Shown: in pieces, positions 53,291 through 64,000 of the stretch | How the letters are laid out: every line of letters starts with the position of its first letter | Numbering within the stretch: the first letter of the stretch is position 1 | Source of the DNA: Camelus dromedarius | Lineage: Eukaryota | Length of the DNA: 64,000 nt | Reading direction: 5' to 3' | NCBI RefSeq assembly: GCF_036321535.1 | Contig: NC_087437.1 | Coordinates: 51,524,001 to 51,588,000, forward strand | Notes under the pieces: model-generated | Seen by the model: only the letters and a program-made list of their open reading frames with translations | Database searches by the model: none | What the model was told of the DNA's origin: nothing | Translations under genes and position numbers: made by a program

Positions 53291-53360
53291 TCTGGCCAGG
53301 CTGTCTGGTTGGAGTGGCTCCCTGTATGGGGCCTCTCCCCTGAATCCTTCCTGGGGCCAT
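53278..53360 (-). promoter_or_regulatory. THPO inhibitory overlapping uORF (uORF7 homolog)
   Basis: ATG at 53360 in tccATGG context encodes [27 protein letters not shown], out of frame with and overlapping the main ATG. Stop TG|A is created by the splice junction. Confidence 0.85.
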
Positions 53361-54780
53361 GGAGGCGGCTTGGGCTCTTGCACTTCTGGGAAGAGTAGGG
53401 TAGGGCACAGGTGGGGCACAGGTGGGTCGAGGAAGAGGGTCTAGAATCTATCCTGCAAGTGACAGGAATAAGGAACATTTAATCGAGTTTCAAGGAAAAG
53501 ACTCTGCCTGGCTCGGGGAACAGATGCTGGGAAGGTGTGAGATGCTGACCAGCCTAGAACTGCTGAAGCTTGGAGTGCTCCCACATCGTCTTGTGACTGT
53601 AGCATACAGCGTCTCCTCTTTGTCAGGGTTCCCTAGTACACCTGAGGCAGGTCTGGTGCCCCTGGCCCCTGCCCCCTGCCAAGAGCAGCAGGACAAGATA
53701 TGTACACACACATCTCAATTCTCCTCAAAGTCTGAGCAACCCTGGTTGTTTCACTGGAGAAAATCTAGGGTGCGGATGGAGAATGGAAGTATTGGAGAAG
53801 AGCTTGGAAACAGGGTATAGGGCCAGGACGAGGAGGTACCAAACATGCAAAGTATGCTGAGGAGTAGATTGGGGAATGGGGTTGAAGAGGGGAATTAGGC
53901 AAAAATAAAACTGGATTTCTAGAGGTCGGTGATTAAAAGATTGAGAAGGTGGTGTGGGAGAAATTAACCTCTCATTCTTTTTCTATTTACCCCAACACAT
54001 AAAGTCTCTTGGAGTTTTCCTTTGCACTCTTAAGTTCTGAAATACTGGGTTATCCAAGGTAAAGAGATGGGCTAACAGTCCTGAGACTTCCTTCCTGAAG
54101 CAAGTTGCCCAGGAATGATCACCCGCTGGGTGAGGTGATGCCCGCCTTACAGGGCTTACCTCATCTTAGACACCCACCATATCCGTCTCCTAGCCCTCAC
54201 CTTCCTCCCAGCCCCCGCCACAGACCCCTTCCGGTTCCTTCACAGGACCCCCCACATGGCTTCCTCCTCCTTTCACAAGTTGTGCAAAGAGGCCTGCACC
54301 TGATTCAATATTGGGATTTCCTGTAGGTCTGTCAACATGCATGAGCCCTCCTCCCCTTACCATCTCCCTGTGCCTGGCTTGCCTGGCCCAGCTTCCCCAG
54401 CCCCAGGATTCAGAACCCCGTAAGCTAACTAGGAATGACTGGGTAAGAATGGGGATTGCAGCTGTGTCCAGCTTGGATCTGTGTTCCCTAAGCCTGAAAT
54501 GTACCTCCTTTCTTATTTTCTCCCTGGGCCTAGGTCCCCTTTCCTTAGGGCCAGCCAGGACTGTGCCATATTCCACCAAGTCTGTGATCAGTCCCTCAGA
54601 AAGCAGCACCCCACCCCCTACCCCTGCTCTGTCCTGCTCCTCCCATTCTGGGAAGTCTACACTCTTCTCGACAAAGGTCAGTGCCTGTAGGTTCCAGTTT
54701 GCCTGCCCCTCCCCCAGCAGAGAGCCCAATTCCTCTTTCCAGTCCTTCCTACCCTCACTTAACTCCAAACCTTGCTCGCC

Positions 54781-54985
54781 ACTCACCACTCACCAGGTGG
54801 AGAAGGGCTCCAGGGCCCAGGGGCAGAGCAGGCAACACTCTGTGGAGCAGATGGGTAGGAAGACAGGTGGCGTTGGGGCATAGCCCCTCCACGCCAGTGG
54901 GGTCACACGCCTGCCCAGGTTATTTCTGCCCAATCAGAGAGCAGGGAGCCACCAGACACTGGCAATGGCCCCCGGAAGTGACGCC
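54781..54985 (-). promoter_or_regulatory. THPO proximal promoter and non-coding exon
   Basis: ETS/GABP ACTTCCG (54973-54979), CCAAT (54930-54934, + strand), tandem GTGAGT donors at 54788-54793 and 54781-54786. Confidence 0.65.
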
Positions 54986-57057
54986 TTCTCCTCCCACCCA
55001 CTCTGGACCTGGAGCCCCTGCCTGGACCATGGTCCACTAGCGGAGCCCAGCTCCTCCACCCACACACACTACAGGGAGGATCTGAATAGGTGGATCTCTC
55101 TTTTCTGAGGAGATGGGAAGTCTGGAAACTGGCTGGGGGAGGAGACGGGAGGGAAACAGGTTTTTTCCAGGAGGAATCTGGCAGGACATTTTGGTCCCTG
55201 AGGAAGAGACACAGAGGTCTGGTTTAAACTGGGGGGTCTTTCAGTTCCTGGCTGTCCAAATTTCTTTTCCCTGTATACCACACCTGCTGCTAAAATCCAG
55301 TAGGGCTCTTGCTTTCCTCCTTTTCTCTCTGATAACCCCCTGGGGGTCATGTCTTATTTTACCTTTGCAAGTGGGAATGTGGGTATTGCCTGTATTAGAG
55401 AAGACCCTGTCAGGGGTCAGTGTTACCGGGATAGAGGACTCAAAGGTGAGGGGAGTGTGTGCTGGATTAAGCTGGCCTTGGGTGCCCCTCTGCTGGGGAC
55501 CAGTGGCTCTGACAGCTAAGCCCACTTATCTCTGTGCTGATGTTCTCCTTTGCTGGCCCTGTCTTTCTCCCTCTTCCATCTCCTACCACTCCACATGTGA
55601 CAAGAGCAATAACCAGGCCCATGTGTCCCTGTCTTAGGAAAGACAGCTGCTGAACCTCCCCCGCAAATACCTCCCGCTGGCCCCCCTCTTCCTTTGGCCC
55701 TGGCTCTAGTTCCTGTGCTTTCCCCTCAGTCCCAGTCTCCCCACAGTCTGTCCTCAGGGGCCTCCTGGCCTGACCTTGTTCCCACCAACCCCCCCACCCC
55801 CTTTCTTCCTCAGGCTCTCTCCTGCTCCTCCTCCCAAGGATGGGGCTGTCTGCTAAGGAGTATGGCCTAGATCCCGGAATTCTCCAGTTCAGCCAGACAA
55901 GATGCCTCCCAAGATTAGGAAGGACGGTGCTGGGATGGTTGGGAGGATGGTGGGAGTGTGGGGGTGGGAGGGGACAGAGAGACTGTCATGACTAAGAAAC
56001 GGAGACAAAAGATGTTGGGGGTGGGGTGGAGAGGCAGAGGGTCCCCTGGGTGAAGGAAGAGGGTGAGAAAGTTTGTCAGGCTGGGGACGAAGATGTTTGG
56101 ATGGGCCTGAACACAGGTAACAGTAGGGAGAGAAGCACTGTCACCAGACAGAAAGGGGACACTATCTATTTCTGGCTAAGTCCTTATCCTGGGGTACAGT
56201 AGAATGAGGAGAGATCTCAGAGAAGATGTGGGGACACAGGCTAGGCGGTGAGAGTGGCTGTGGGGTTTGAGAGGTGCTGTGGGCCCAGAGTCAGCAGAAG
56301 ATGAGTTGACAGGCCTTCTCTGCACGTTGTCATCCTTAGACAATTCTTCATCCTTCCAGAGGGAACCGAGTCCCAGCCCAGTGTCCGGCCCAGGCCTCAG
56401 GCCCAGCCTTTGCCCCTCCCTGGCTTGGGGCTCCCATCCCAGGCCGGACACGCACCTTCTGGTCCAGCCATCCTGTGAACGCCAGCAGAGGGGGTGGGGA
56501 GGTGGGGGTGGGGTGGGGTGGGGGTGGGGGGCTCCAGACCTGCCTCTCCTCCCCTCTTCGCGCCCCCTGGTCCCTCCCCTCCCCCTACACCCTCCGCTCC
56601 CCCTTCTCCTACAGCCCCTCCCTCCTCCCCTGCCCGGTCCCAGCCCCTCCCTCCCCTCCCCCACTCGCGATCCGGGCCGCTGCTGCTGGGCCGGACCCCC
56701 CGGGCTCAGCCCGGCCCCTCGCCGAGCCGCCGCCGCCCCGTTTGCTGAGGAGGAGGCCCCCGGCCGGGGCGCCGGGCGCGGGGCATAAAACGGGCCAGAG
56801 CCGGCGCCCCGGGGCACTAGAGCCGCGTACGGCCCGGGTCAGCGCCCGCCCGCCGGCGCTCCTCCCGGCCGCTCCTCCCGCCCCACCCGGCCCGGCGCCG
56901 ACTCCGCGGCCGCCCGACGAGCCCCTCGCCGCACTGCTCGGGCCCTGGCCCCGGCCCCCTCCCGCCGTACCGCCCCCGGCCCGGCCCTCCTCCCACCTCC
57001 CTCCTCCCTCTCCTGCTCCCTCCTCCCTCCCGCCTCCCCAGCTGTCCCGTTCGCGTC

Positions 57058-63750
<6,693 letters not shown>

Positions 63751-63799
63751 TGAGAAAATTCTTTTGGGCTTTGAGAATTGTCTTCCTGTAGGAAAAGGG

Positions 63800-63990
63800 C
63801 AAGGGTTGAGTTGGTGTGAATTCTGGCTCTGCCAACTGACTAGCTCTGCGTAACCCTGGGCACTTTCTCTACCTCCCTGAGTCTCACTTTCCTCTCCTAT
63901 AAGCAGATGTGGTAGCACCTACCTTGCAGGGCTATAATGAGGATTTGAGTTCGGTATGCAAAGCCCCAGTCCAGGGCCTCTGAGTAAAAG
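63800..63990 (+). mobile_element. MIR SINE
   Basis: 'ctggctctgcca..actagctctgcgtaaccctggg...ctgagtctcactttcctc' MIR core. Confidence 0.6.
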
Positions 63991-64000
63991 GCCAGGGACA

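Noticed and set aside
54190..54883. Overlapping 199-aa and 190-aa ORFs
   Set aside because: Located in a THPO 5'UTR intron, with non-ATG starts and no homology I recognise.

Overview
This is mammalian genomic DNA, not prokaryotic. It contains the conserved syntenic block EIF4G1(+, 5'-truncated by the window, hosting SNORD66) - FAM131A(+) - CLCN2(-) - POLR2H(+) - THPO(-) - CHRD(+, 3'-truncated), orthologous to human 3q27.1. I traced all coding exons by hand using GT-AG boundaries and phase consistency. Two tRNA-Ala-like SINEs with clean TSDs resemble the camelid SINE family, so the source is probably a camel/alpaca/llama (inference). I found no CRISPR array, operon or wholly new gene system. 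The best leads are at the RNA level: (1) an apparently decayed SNORD66 paralog two introns upstream of the functional copy, plus a weaker third candidate; (2) an in-frame FAM131A first exon encoding an MGCIGS myristoylation/palmitoylation N-terminus, plus a third CRE/RFX-type internal promoter; (3) a dual-coding THPO last exon whose alternative frame is reachable by either a 116-nt exitron or retention of a stop-free intron; (4) a Tigger1 MITE in the THPO 3'UTR supplying a new AATAAA; (5) a shared bidirectional polyA element between FAM131A and CLCN2; (6) the neural EIF4G1 microexon with its SRRM4/RBFOX motifs and a candidate EIF4G1 poison exon. Comparisons to human or mouse sequences are from memory and need confirming by alignment.
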